Positions 17,855 through 28,400 of a DNA stretch of 57,595 bases are shown piece after piece. The translations under genes were made by a program, and so were the position numbers. A model generated the notes under the pieces. It had not been told where the DNA came from. It worked only from the letters and a program-made list of their open reading frames with translations, and searched no databases. Origin of the DNA: a virus; IMG/VR virus record IMGVR_UViG_3300030248_000076, positions 1 to 57,595 of that record. The stretch is one strand, 5' to 3'. The first letter of the stretch is position 1. Every line of letters starts with the position of its first letter.

Positions 17855-18277
17855 TCACCCCCACGGGTGGTACTGCTTTTGCCCGAACATCCGGCCGCCA
17901 AGGCGATACCGGGCTGTCATCATCCAATATTGAGCGCCGCAGCGCGTTTGCAGCCACCATTGCTCAGACGTTGAATTGCCTTTAATGAGATCAAAGGATG
18001 TAGAAACAGAGCCCTCGGACGCGCTCTGAACGCGACCGGTTTGCTGCATCGGCAAGGTGCTGAGCGTTGCTAGGTGGCAGAGCGCGTAGTAGAGCAGGTA
18101 TTTACGATCCTTGACTTCGGGCGGGTTGTATGGCGCAAAACTCGACTTGTCTGTATTTCCGACAAGCGCTACGGCCTGATCCCAAAGAACTTCTAAAAGA
18201 GCATCGGAAATCACTTCTTCGGTCAGCCCTGGGTACCAGATGCGGAATTCGGCCACGTCCAAAACGACGGAAGCCAT
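17855..18277 (-). CDS. Head-tail connector protein (DUF4054-like)
   Basis: Start MASVVLDV. LLYYALCHL-type motif; follows the capsid module. Confidence 0.6.
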   Translation of the reverse strand: MASVVLDVAEFRIWYPGLTEEVISDALLEVLWDQAVALVGNTDKSSFAPYNPPEVKDRKYLLYYALCHLATLSTLPMQQTGRVQSASEGSVSTSFDLIKGNSTSEQWWLQTRCGAQYWMMTARYRLGGRMFGQKQYHPWG

Positions 18278-18278
18278 A

Positions 18279-18749
18279 TCACACCTCCTGCACGGGCGCG
18301 GGTTCGATACCGGGCACAGACTTGGGATCCACAGGTGATAGCCCCGTGCGCATTTCGCCGATTTCATCGCGTCGGGCGCGGAATTCCTGCTGACTTTTTA
18401 CTTCCATCAGTAAGGGCGGGAACGACGTGAACAGCTTGGACTTGCCGTGCTTACGCTTGATGCATTCCCAATCCTGTCGGCTCATGCTTGTCAGGACAGC
18501 GTTGCCCTCACCGAGCAGAATGCCCTTTGACTTACCGGCGAGGCTCTGATTGATGCCGGGCAAGGTGATCGTCTTTGTGCCGCCGGCGCCGTTGTCTACG
18601 TCGTCGAAAGTAATGCCGAGCTGGAGGCCGCAGGCGATGTAGACCGTCTCGCCGCCGCTGGAGCCGCGAGCGCGCTTTACGGGCTCCTCGGTGGTGTCCG
18701 TAATGATGGGGGTGGTCTGAGCGGTCTGGGATTTCTTTTTCTGAGCCAT
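18279..18749 (-). CDS. Virion-module protein of unknown function
   Basis: 156-aa ORF after the capsid-gene terminator, with its own RBS. Confidence 0.5.
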   Translation of the reverse strand: MAQKKKSQTAQTTPIITDTTEEPVKRARGSSGGETVYIACGLQLGITFDDVDNGAGGTKTITLPGINQSLAGKSKGILLGEGNAVLTSMSRQDWECIKRKHGKSKLFTSFPPLLMEVKSQQEFRARRDEIGEMRTGLSPVDPKSVPGIEPAPVQEV

Positions 18750-18763
18750 GATGAAAATCCGTA

Positions 18764-18796
18764 ACGAAAAAAAGGGAGGTCCCGAAAGACCTCCCT
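18764..18796 (-). terminator. Strong intrinsic terminator after the major capsid gene
   Basis: Stem gggaggtc/gacctccc, followed on the minus strand by TTTTTTT. Confidence 0.85.
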
Positions 18797-18833
18797 AAGT
18801 GGAGTTGAATGAATTTTTTGTCGCCGACGAGCG

Positions 18834-19907
18834 TTAGACGCCGAGCATCGTGGCGACGAGATTCGGACGACGAATAACGCAGCCGAAAGTCGACGCCGTG
18901 GCCTTCTGTTCCCAAGAGGAAATCTTCGGAACGAGTCGACCGAGCATATATGCGCGGCTGTAAGCCGTTTCGCCTGTCTTGTCGCCCAGAAGCTCCGGAA
19001 CCGTGAGGTAAAGCATTTCACCGGAGGTCGTTGAGAGCTCGGGGAGCTGAACCACCGTCAGAGCTGGGTAGTTGCCCTTGAGAAGTTCAAGAGCCGACTT
19101 GCCGAAGTTGTTCGGCTGAGTCAGATAGTTCAGCTGCTTGTTGCTGATGCCCAGAATCATCGGCGTATTAGCATCGATGAGGCCGCCGTTGCGAGCCATC
19201 AGTTCGCCAATCAGCTTGTTCACGTCGTTGAAAACGAGCGTGGAGGCGTTGTTCGGATCGGCGTTGATCTTGGATTCCCAAGTCGTATTGCCGTCGATAG
19301 AGTGCGGCGTGATGGATGCTGGAAGGTTCGGGTCGTTCAGCAGACCGTAAATTTCCATTCCCTTGACGCCGTAAAGCTGGAAGGCGTTTTCGGCACGAGC
19401 CATCACCTGAGCCGAAGCGTACTGCTTACGAGCAGCCAGATTGATTTTGGCGAGCGCGGCCTTGGAAACTTCCAAATCGCCATACTTAAGCGTCGTTTGA
19501 TAGCGGAAGTTCTGGCGAACAGGATAGTTGTAGTTCACATCCACCGCGGTGCCGTTGCCGAAGTCGGCGTAGGGCGAAACCTGACCGGCGATTTCTTCAA
19601 CCATAAAGGTCGCGAAATCATCTTCGAACTTGCCAATCTGGGACTTCTCGAAGATCCGCCCGGCGTTCATGGCGCCAAAGAGCACCTCACACACGCGCGG
19701 ATCGAGGTACGTTACCAAGAACGCAGGAATGCCGATGTTAGCGGAGGTCGTCATAGCCGCGTCGTTAGCGAGCTTGGCATTGATTTCGCTCATCGGGGCA
19801 AGCGTGTACTTACCGTCTACTTCGGTGTACGGGAAGAAATCGACCGCGCTCACCGAGCCAATGCCCAGCTCCTTAGCGCGTTCGAATTCAGTAATTTTCG
19901 TGGACAT
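18834..19907 (-). CDS. Major capsid protein (DUF2184-like, HK97 fold)
   Basis: 357 aa. The N-terminal region and its position after scaffold/decoration genes fit the DUF2184 capsid family. Confidence 0.8.
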   Translation of the reverse strand: MSTKITEFERAKELGIGSVSAVDFFPYTEVDGKYTLAPMSEINAKLANDAAMTTSANIGIPAFLVTYLDPRVCEVLFGAMNAGRIFEKSQIGKFEDDFATFMVEEIAGQVSPYADFGNGTAVDVNYNYPVRQNFRYQTTLKYGDLEVSKAALAKINLAARKQYASAQVMARAENAFQLYGVKGMEIYGLLNDPNLPASITPHSIDGNTTWESKINADPNNASTLVFNDVNKLIGELMARNGGLIDANTPMILGISNKQLNYLTQPNNFGKSALELLKGNYPALTVVQLPELSTTSGEMLYLTVPELLGDKTGETAYSRAYMLGRLVPKISSWEQKATASTFGCVIRRPNLVATMLGV

Positions 19908-19917
19908 ATCTTTTCCT

Positions 19918-19945
19918 CAAAAAAAATGCCTCCCGAAGGAGGCAT
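19918..19945 (-). terminator. Intrinsic terminator between the collagen-like gene and the capsid gene
   Basis: Stem atgcctcc/ggaggcat with loop cgaa, followed on the minus strand by TTTTTTTT. Confidence 0.8.
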
Positions 19946-19968
19946 GGAGGTAATTGTTTCGTCTGGAT

Positions 19969-20544
19969 TTACGGGAGCGTTGCGATTGCAGTGCCGATCG
20001 TTGCGACGCCGGACTTTACGGCCGTGATGGCGTAAAGCTTCTTGGTAGTCGCATCAAGCACCGTATCACCTACTGCGTAAGGCAGAACTGCGTTTGAGGG
20101 CGCCAGCGCATCGGCGGCAATGTCCGCCTGATCGTCTGTGAGAGCGACTGCGGACACGCGGAAAGAGGCGCCTTGCTTGCCAGCCGCGCCGTCCTTGCCA
20201 TTGGTGCCGTTTGTGCCGTCGGCACCATCGGCGCCTGCGGCTCCGGCAGCACCCGTATCGCCCTTGTCACCCTTGTCACCTTTTGCTCCGGCATCGCCCT
20301 TGTCGCCTTTATCGCCCTTGGCTCCCTGAGCGCCTTGGGCGCCTGCAGGAATACCAAAAGCGAAAGAGCTTCCGTCAAAAGTGACGGTAGGAGCTTCGCC
20401 GGCGGCAAGCGCCGTGGCAGTGGCCGTAGCTTTCTTCAGCTCATCAACAGCAGAAGATGCGGCGGAAATGCCTTCTTCGGCATGATTGAGCAAATCGGCG
20501 GTGATCAAGTCACCGTTCTTCCAAGCAGTAACCGTGTACGCCAT
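19969..20544 (-). CDS. Collagen-like (G-X-Y repeat) protein in the head module
   Basis: About 19 uninterrupted G-X-Y triplets (GAQGAQGAKGDKGDKGDAG...GKQG), flanked by globular ends. Confidence 0.8.
   Translation of the reverse strand: MAYTVTAWKNGDLITADLLNHAEEGISAASSAVDELKKATATATALAAGEAPTVTFDGSSFAFGIPAGAQGAQGAKGDKGDKGDAGAKGDKGDKGDTGAAGAAGADGADGTNGTNGKDGAAGKQGASFRVSAVALTDDQADIAADALAPSNAVLPYAVGDTVLDATTKKLYAITAVKSGVATIGTAIATLP
20170..20343 (-). repeat. Collagen G-X-Y triplet repeat region (coding)
   Basis: Residues 68-125 of the 191-aa protein. Confidence 0.85.
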
Positions 20545-21122
20545 TACGCACCCACCTCAGCAGAACCGACCTCGGCTTCACCAACAACCGCAGCGCCCGA
20601 GGCGGCGGAGGCAGCAATCGAAACACCGAAGTTTTCATAGATCACGATGTCACCCTCGACGGCATCAATAACGCCCTGCGGCATACGAACCTTCCAGCCC
20701 GTATCCGTTGCGGCGCCGGCGTCGCCATAAGTGACCTCGCCCGTGGCAGGATCGCAAAGAACCGCCTGCCCTTCGGTGGCTGCCCCCGCCGCCACAGCGT
20801 AAAACTGACCGCGAACGGCAATGTTCAGACCAAGACCGGCCTGATAAGCGTTGGACGCTTCGACCAACGGATTAGGAAGCGTCGAAATCAAGTTGCGCTC
20901 AACGAAACCGAGGACGCGAGCACCGGCCTTGCCGGTGGCCGATGCGGCGTTAAAGCCTACAGGACCGTTTTCTTCAACGTCCTTCGCAAAAGCGAAGCCG
21001 CCGGCAAAAACCGTGCCGTCGCTGAGATAGTTAAAGGCCGTGTAGGTGGCCTGTCCCGGATTTACTTCGGTACCCGGCAAGCCAATGGCCGGCATCGAAG
21101 CAACAGACTTCTGGAAACCCAT
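20544..21122 (-). CDS. Capsid decoration/cement-type protein (putative)
   Basis: 192 aa, between the scaffold-like and capsid genes. Gly/Ala-rich beta-type sequence. Confidence 0.5.
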   Translation of the reverse strand: MGFQKSVASMPAIGLPGTEVNPGQATYTAFNYLSDGTVFAGGFAFAKDVEENGPVGFNAASATGKAGARVLGFVERNLISTLPNPLVEASNAYQAGLGLNIAVRGQFYAVAAGAATEGQAVLCDPATGEVTYGDAGAATDTGWKVRMPQGVIDAVEGDIVIYENFGVSIAASAASGAAVVGEAEVGSAEVGA

Positions 21123-21124
21123 GT

Positions 21125-22579
21125 TTACTGCTCCTTATGGATCTTGTTGAAAAGTGCGCTGAGCCGACCGGTGCCCTGCGGCTTATTGGGAGCGGCGTCA
21201 TTTGCTTCGCGGCTCGCTCCCTTTTTCTTGCCTTCTACGAAGGCTGTATAAGCGGAATGTGCGTTTTCGGGCTTGATGTTGCGGATGTTGACGCCCTCGC
21301 GCTTAAGCGCTTCAAGGTAAATATCGTCGGCGCTGTCGAAAGCTTCTGGGCGAACTCGGCCGATGGACTCCTTGCATTCTTCGGCGGCGTCATAGGCGGC
21401 GCGGATGCGGCGGAAGATTTGCTTTTCAAGCTTCTTCAGAGCTGCATCTTCACCAAGCGCCTTTTCTTCGCCCTCGGATTCGTGTTCTTCATCAAGCTTT
21501 TCGGGCTCTGCCTTTTCCTTCTTTTCACCGAAGCGCACGCCTTCGGCAAAAGCCTTCTGGACCGCTTCGGGCGCCTCATCAAGGCCGCAAGCCTTAAGAG
21601 CGTCACCGATCAGATCATCACCGTCAGCGCCGTCATCTTTATCTTCGTCGTCGGCAGCGGATTCTGGCGGCTGATCGCCGGCGGGATCTTCGTCACCCGT
21701 TTCTCCCGCGTCGGGAGCGGCTGATACGAGATCGGTCAGCTGACCTTCAAGTACAGCCAGATCGTCGTCACTCAAGCCCTTTTCCTTAAGGGAGTCAAGA
21801 ATCTTCTTGATCTCGGCGCCCTTGTCGTCGTCATTGGCGTTGGTTTCGTCGTCAGTCTTGTCCACAACATTCCCCTTTTCATCGGTCGTGTGTAGGTTTT
21901 TGATTTCTTCGGCGGCTTTACTGATCGTGTCAGCTAGCGCCGTCTCCTTCTTTTCAACCGCCGGATTGTCGTCGTTGGCGGTTTCAGGCTTCTTTTCATC
22001 GGCCATAGCGCTTTTCTCCAAAGCTGAATCCGCCACCAAAACATCGTCGCCGGCGCGACCCTCTTCAACAAGAGCTACGTGATTGGCGGAAATATCACGC
22101 ATGATGAAGTCGTAAGGCTCCCCGTTTGGGGTAGTGCCCGATTCAAAGTCGGGCGTGTATCGGTAGCTCAGACTGAGCTCACGCATCGAGCCGTCGTTAA
22201 TTCGATCGATTGCCTTCTGTACTGTGAAGTGCAGTGAGTTATCGAGATAAGGGGGATTCCATGCCGCCGTATCACCTGTGGAGCCAATACGCGTATCGAG
22301 CGCGGGCGCTTTCGGATAGTCCCGGTGGTGATTGAGCTGAATCGGTATGCCCTGAACACTTCGAATCGTCTCAGGCTTACTCAGCTCTTCGGGCGGGCAG
22401 TACCCTCGGTAAATCTTGTCCGGTTTGAGTCTGAGCTGTTCGCTGTTTGGGATCTCAAAGCCGTAATAAGGCCGCACCTGCGCTTTGGTGAGGTGCGAAA
22501 CTTTGACGTGCAGGTTGCCGTTGTCATCGATCCACCGATTCGGCTCTGACGTATCAAAAGCTAGTATTTCTTGTGTCAT
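21125..22579 (-). CDS. Scaffolding / prohead protease-like protein (DUF2213-like)
   Basis: Conserved N-terminal 190 aa, then a long, highly acidic, helical C-terminal half. Position is before the capsid gene. Confidence 0.65.
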   Translation of the reverse strand: MTQEILAFDTSEPNRWIDDNGNLHVKVSHLTKAQVRPYYGFEIPNSEQLRLKPDKIYRGYCPPEELSKPETIRSVQGIPIQLNHHRDYPKAPALDTRIGSTGDTAAWNPPYLDNSLHFTVQKAIDRINDGSMRELSLSYRYTPDFESGTTPNGEPYDFIMRDISANHVALVEEGRAGDDVLVADSALEKSAMADEKKPETANDDNPAVEKKETALADTISKAAEEIKNLHTTDEKGNVVDKTDDETNANDDDKGAEIKKILDSLKEKGLSDDDLAVLEGQLTDLVSAAPDAGETGDEDPAGDQPPESAADDEDKDDGADGDDLIGDALKACGLDEAPEAVQKAFAEGVRFGEKKEKAEPEKLDEEHESEGEEKALGEDAALKKLEKQIFRRIRAAYDAAEECKESIGRVRPEAFDSADDIYLEALKREGVNIRNIKPENAHSAYTAFVEGKKKGASREANDAAPNKPQGTGRLSALFNKIHKEQ

Positions 22580-23499
22580 GTCGTTTTCAGCAGATCAGGT
22601 GGAATGATTGATTTGTATACACATCGGCAGAACGGAAGCTCTCCGCACTGGACGCAGCGCCCCGCTTCCGAGTCGTACATCCCTTCAGAAAGCTTGAAGC
22701 GCTTGCCATTCATGGAGATGTGAGATTGCCGCGAGCTGTATTTGCCCGGAACATGAATCCAAATACCTTCGGTGATGCCGACAGCCAAGCTGTTAGCGCG
22801 CTGAATAGCCTGATTGACCTTTACCGACTGATCGAGTGCAACGCGCTGTGCACGCGCGGCATCGAAGCCCTGAGAGGTTTCAAGCGTTCTGCGTACTGTT
22901 GCGAGGTCTGCCCCGCTCGATAAACCTTCCGACAAAACGTCTTGAAGGCGTGCGAGGTCGGTGCCCGTCATTTTGGTGATGAGCGTCGTGGCATCTTCAA
23001 CGTACTTCGGCAATTGCTCTGCGGCCGGCCGAGAGATGTACTGACCACGAATAATCGGAACGTCGAACTTGCTCTTTAGCCACCCTTGCGAGATGCCTGC
23101 TGCGGCAAGCGCGCGGCGCTGGCTCAGCGTTACGTCGCGCGCCGCCGAGCGGCAAAACCAGTACGAAATTTCTTTGGCTTTCTGCTCTGCGGCAATCAGC
23201 CAGCGCGCGATTTTGACTGCGCTGATTGAGCGGATCCTTTCTCGCAGCGTCTCGGGATCGATGCCTTTGGCTAGACCTGCATTCACCTTCTCGAAAATTC
23301 GGCGTTCTCGCGCCGTCAGCTTCGGCAATGCATCCGAAGCCTCCGGAACAAGTAAGCCTTCGTTCAAAAGCTCGGTGACAATCTCGCCCATCGCTTCCCG
23401 CAGGAAACTTCGCGAGAACGCAGACAGTTTTTTCTCAAACGCTTTTCGAGTGCCGACGTTTGGCTCAATGGCTCGAATCGTCTTCACTCTTGCTGTCAT
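22576..23499 (-). CDS. Minor head protein (Mu F / SPP1 gp7-like)
   Basis: Follows the portal gene. C-terminal ...HVPGKYSSRQSHISMNGKRF...CGELPFCRC motif. Confidence 0.75.
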   Translation of the reverse strand: MTARVKTIRAIEPNVGTRKAFEKKLSAFSRSFLREAMGEIVTELLNEGLLVPEASDALPKLTARERRIFEKVNAGLAKGIDPETLRERIRSISAVKIARWLIAAEQKAKEISYWFCRSAARDVTLSQRRALAAAGISQGWLKSKFDVPIIRGQYISRPAAEQLPKYVEDATTLITKMTGTDLARLQDVLSEGLSSGADLATVRRTLETSQGFDAARAQRVALDQSVKVNQAIQRANSLAVGITEGIWIHVPGKYSSRQSHISMNGKRFKLSEGMYDSEAGRCVQCGELPFCRCVYKSIIPPDLLKTT

Positions 23500-25180
23500 T
23501 TGAGTTCATTCCTTGAAGGAGCTGGCGTCCTTCGTCAGGCGGATTGGCGGCACTTTCGGAGGACTGCGGCGCGAGTGGCACCGATTGGTTTTGCAGCAGA
23601 TCGTCCTTCCCCGAAAGGCCGCCGAATTCATTGAACATGTCATCTGGCTCAACATCCGGTGCATCGTCTGAGAGCCAGTCCAAACCCATAATCGGAGACT
23701 TTTTCACAGCCTCGCGAACCTCTTCAGCGCTGATGGCTTGGATGCTGGCAAGCTGTGTAAGCGTGCCGGCAATGGACTGCGCCGACATGGCATTCTGAGC
23801 TTCACGATCAACGCCGAGCTCGTTGAACTTCACGCTGATCGAGTCATCGAGTTCGCCGAATTCAACAATCTGAATAGCTTTGAGGCACTTCAAGATCGCG
23901 TCTCGGCGAAGCTCTTGCTTCGATTTGATGTAGTCGTAGTAGTTCGTGATGTCGCTTTGCCCGGTGGCGTTAAAGCCGCTCGGGCTGATGCCGAGCAGTT
24001 TTACCGCGGGCGTGCGGTTGATGGCCGCAATCATTTCAAGCGACTGCCGCACCACATCCGTACATCCAGCTAACGACGTCTGTATGTTCGCTACATCTTC
24101 TTCGTCCTTATCGACCGCGAAAACAGAATCATTGTCTCGATAGCGCTGAAGAACAGCCATCTTCTGATCAAGGGTCGCGATGCCGTTCGGGTCACTCATC
24201 AAAGAACTCATATTGGTCTTGTAGACCAGCAGAGAGATCTTGGTGAGCAGATTCGCCGTCGCTACGCGGCAAGAGTTCCAGTGAATGACGTAGTCCCAAA
24301 GGATCTGCGCCTGCGGAATCCCGAGGAAGTTGTAATTCGGCAGCAGCAGTTGCGGCGGCCGATTGTCGACGACGGGAATCAAGCGTGAGGCATGAACCTT
24401 CTTGCCGAGCACCCACCACGATTTCGGCTGCATGTAGTCTTTGCGGAGCGGATCTGTGGAGTTGTATTCGACTGGCGCGCAGTTAATCGGATCAACGACG
24501 ATAAAGCGAAGGGGCGTGTCCTTGCCGAGCTCCGCGCTTTTCACGTTGATAGCGAGCGGAAGTTCTAAGTCCTCCTCATCGCATCCTGTGTCAATGAAGA
24601 TGAAGCAGCCGCCCATGTACCCAGTGAGATCGATGGCGTCATGAAATACCTTTTTGAGATGGTATTTCGTCTCCTGCAAATCGTTCAGCATGTCGACGGT
24701 TTCGCCGTCGGATTCATCGCCGCCGATGATGGTCAGCCATTCACGCGTAATGTCATCGGAGACGGTTGAAATGCATGATCGAATCATGCCGTTCTGGGCA
24801 ATTTGCTGAAGGACGCCGTAACCGATAAAAGAAGTTACGGGATACTGTCCGAGATCAGAAGCGTGCTGAGTAAGCGTGTTGTAGATCGCGTCGTAGTAGC
24901 CGGCTCTGTCACACGCTTCGGCAAGCTTCTCGCGCTCTTTTCCGTCCTTGGGATACCCCAAAGTAAGCGGCGGAGCAAAGTGCTTTTTGACGTCATCGAG
25001 AGATCTCAGCACTTCGCATGTGCGCGGCGGGATGAGCATCGTGCCGGCGCTCATTGACTGAATAGCGCGTTCACGCTGAGCGCGGAACTTTTTGGCGAGC
25101 ATCTTTTCTTGCTCCTCGACCTTGCGAAACGCCTTTTTGCGCTTCTTGTCCGCCGCCTTTTCTTCTTTGGTTTTGCTCAT
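23465..25180 (-). CDS. Portal protein (DUF1073-like)
   Basis: Start MSKTKEEK chosen. 571 aa, downstream of the terminase. Confidence 0.8.
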   Translation of the reverse strand: MSKTKEEKAADKKRKKAFRKVEEQEKMLAKKFRAQRERAIQSMSAGTMLIPPRTCEVLRSLDDVKKHFAPPLTLGYPKDGKEREKLAEACDRAGYYDAIYNTLTQHASDLGQYPVTSFIGYGVLQQIAQNGMIRSCISTVSDDITREWLTIIGGDESDGETVDMLNDLQETKYHLKKVFHDAIDLTGYMGGCFIFIDTGCDEEDLELPLAINVKSAELGKDTPLRFIVVDPINCAPVEYNSTDPLRKDYMQPKSWWVLGKKVHASRLIPVVDNRPPQLLLPNYNFLGIPQAQILWDYVIHWNSCRVATANLLTKISLLVYKTNMSSLMSDPNGIATLDQKMAVLQRYRDNDSVFAVDKDEEDVANIQTSLAGCTDVVRQSLEMIAAINRTPAVKLLGISPSGFNATGQSDITNYYDYIKSKQELRRDAILKCLKAIQIVEFGELDDSISVKFNELGVDREAQNAMSAQSIAGTLTQLASIQAISAEEVREAVKKSPIMGLDWLSDDAPDVEPDDMFNEFGGLSGKDDLLQNQSVPLAPQSSESAANPPDEGRQLLQGMNSNDSKSEDDSSH

Positions 25181-25386
25181 AGGAGCCCCCAGTTTTGGAG
25201 ATGTGCAAGCACATAGCCCCCAGAAAGAACAAATGCCGAGAGTGCGATGCCCGCAGCACTCAACCAAAAAACAACTCTGAAAGCTCGGAAACTTAACGGT
25301 CGGTTGCCGATATCAGTGTTCTCAAGCATTGCGGAGGTCATACGTAACCCTGCTACAAGCCCGCCAATCGCGGTTAAAATATTCAT
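25177..25386 (-). CDS. Small two-TM membrane protein
   Basis: 69-aa hydrophobic ORF between the terL terminator and the portal gene. Confidence 0.5.
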   Translation of the reverse strand: MNILTAIGGLVAGLRMTSAMLENTDIGNRPLSFRAFRVVFWLSAAGIALSAFVLSGGYVLAHLQNWGLL

Positions 25387-25412
25387 GGTTCACCTGTCAT
25401 AGAGGTGGATAC

Positions 25413-25446
25413 GAAAAAGCCCGCGAGAGTTACAGCTCCGCGGGCT
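25413..25446 (-). terminator. Intrinsic terminator after terL
   Basis: Stem agcccgcg/cgcgggct, followed on the minus strand by TTTTTC. Confidence 0.7.
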
Positions 25447-25464
25447 TTGCTTTTGTTGGGCGCT

Positions 25465-28400
25465 TTACCGTAGGCCAAGTGCCGTTAGATTGTTCGGATG
25501 AATTTTTCGAACGGTGCCTCGGCTCATATCAGCCAAAGCCTGACTCATGCTGTCGATTTGATCGTCGTGAGCCCCTGCCGGGAAACTGAGCAGTTCTGGT
25601 ATGAAATCCTTTGCCACCCACGGATAAAGACCTGCCGGCGGAAGAAAGACGTTCTTTGCCTCCCAGAGCGGCGTGACCGCGGCCGCGCGAGCCTCTTTGG
25701 ACTCCTTCGGATTGATTGGGATGAGCCCTGAAACATGCTTTTTCAGCGTCGCGATAACAGCGGCGCCGTTTGCCTTTTCTTCCACGAGCTTTCGAAGTAC
25801 TCGCGGCCACTTTTCGGCGCAAGCAACGAACTGTTCCACCGTTTTTACAAAGTCCCACTGACCTCGATACTGATCAAGCAAGTAGAAGTTCGCGCCTTTG
25901 CGCCCCCACACCTGCCCAACGACATAGTCAGATCGTTCGGAACCCTTGAACGTCATATCCCACGAAATACACGTGGCATCGAACGTCTTTGGAAGCGTTG
26001 CGCTGTCCCAATGCTGAATCCAATCTTCTTTAAAGAGTCCGCCGCCGTCGGGCACTGGATGCTGCTGATAAAGCGCAGCCCAGTCACGGGAGCCGACCTG
26101 CTTTTGAATGCGAAGCAGCGCATTGAGGTCATAGCGTTCGGGGTGCAAAGCCTCGCCGGCCTTACGGTGCGGTTCGTCGTGTTCGGCAATGGCGGGATAG
26201 TTGATGACGCGCCACTGCTCGCCTTCGCCGGATGCTGCACGGTCAAGCAAGCGACCGACCAGATCATCGCAATTGTGAGTAGGCATCAAGCTTTTACCAA
26301 CTAGATAGATGCCGTCAACTGCGCTAGTTGTTATGCACCTACCCCACCCAGCTTCTTTAGAACTGGCCTTCCTGAAATGTACTTGCCGTTCTTTTGCTCG
26401 AATCGCTTTGCACCGCTTGTACTCCACCTTGCACGGTATGTCTACTGTTGGAGAAAAGCTGAAACGGTTGCAATCGTAATTTCGTTCATATCCGTCTTTT
26501 GCAATCGTCCCTTTGCGGTTAACAACCTCTCTGTTGTTGCAAAGCATACCGAGCGACGAAACTAAATCCTTTACGTCGGAGTACAGCCGTTCGTCGCTGT
26601 TTGCGAATCGCTGAATGTTGTTGGTTTTATCGCCGTCAGAATCAATAAGGCCAGCCAATAACGCCAAACGGTCCTCTATAGACGCGTGTAAGTAGCATCT
26701 AGGTATGTGCTTGTTAAACAGAACACCTAGTTTGACCAACTTTCCTCGAAGTCCTTGATGTCGATACCGATAGCAGTAATTGCCTACCTTATCCGTATAT
26801 CGCGTAAACGAATACGGCGTACTTTCGCAATGTGCCGTATAAGCATGTCCGCATCGAATATCGGGGCCGCTTTTCGAACCATCCCCCAGCCACAAACCAA
26901 ACCAATACGGATCAATTGGGAGGGGTTCGTTTTCTCCAAAATCTAGCGGATCAGGCCGAGGGAGAGTTCTCTGCCTGTCGTCGAGCAGGTTTCCGGCCTC
27001 TTTCAGAACGTAATTATGGGTCGGCCTGCTTTTGACCGGCCATAAATGCTTTGATCCGCAAATAACCGTTTCCGTTCGCGTTTCGACGGCAACATCACAC
27101 CAAACCGGTTCGCAAACGTGCGTAACCTCGACCGGCCTTCCGTCCATCCCGAAAACCCTATCGCCTACCTGAAGGTCGCCATGTCGTTTCCATCCTGCAA
27201 GCGTAAGTACGGGCGTATCGTCCTTAATGGGGTGCCAGCGTGTGCACATCACGATCACGCCGCCACCAGGAGATAAGCGCGTATATGCCGTCGACGTGTA
27301 CCAGTCCCAAAGCGCTTCTCGAATCGTCGCAGAATTCGCGTCGCGTCGATCTTTAATTGCGTCGTCGATAACCAAGCAATCAGCGCCCATGCCTGTAATG
27401 CCTCCGCCGACACCGGCGGCGCGGTAGGCGCCCTTATGCCCAACGATTTCAAAGAGCTCTGCGGTTCGAATGAATGAGCCGAAAGAGGTCTTTACGTTCT
27501 TTGAGTTGAGCGATGTTTCAGGGAAGATCTCGGCGTACTTTGGATCGTCGATCTTGCGCTGTACGTCACGCGAGAAACGTTGCGTCAGATCTGCTGAATA
27601 CGACGTCGCAATGATTTGAAGGTCTGGATACAGCCCAAATGCATACGCCGGAAAAGATCGAGAAACGATTTCGCTATTGTGCGTAGCAACAAAGGTTTTA
27701 CCTATTACATATAGACCATCTTCTGAATCAACTTGAATACAGTTGCCTATCTTTGGACTCTCGAGCTGCTTGACCGCAACGATCGCGTGCCTCTTTTCCT
27801 TCCGCACTCTGGTCGTTTTTTTACGCATCAAACGACACGGTATTGACTTTGTCGGGAAAAAACTAACCGTGTATACAGAGCGCTTTCCAACGATGCCGCT
27901 AGTACTCGTGGTCGGGTCAATCTTTCTAATATGAGCCGTTTCTCCGATTAAACGAATAACCTCAGCAACATCAAGAGCAAGCTTTTCTGATACGGTTGAA
28001 AAAACATATCTGCCATTGACAAACGTGCCATCGGTGTCCATCAGCCCTGCGATTAGTTCCCTCAAATTGCTTTCTGAGTCGAACTTGTATTCGTCGGGCA
28101 CATATTTCCCGTCGAACAATCTCAATCGCTTCATGTCCGCAGAAAACTTATTCCGACGCCGTGGTACTCCGCTCGCGAATGAAAACGTAACAACACCTGT
28201 AGTTGAGTGCTCCCATTCCCCCGTTATCGGCACCCCCAACTTTTCAAATGCATCCTTAACAACCATGGCATCAAGAGGTGTCATATTTATTCTTGGCGAA
28301 CTAGATGTACCATCTCCAAGCCATACACCAAGGCAATACGGCGGCAGGATGTGTTGGACCTCTTCAAACTGTAAGGGGTTTACTCTATCAATTTGATACA

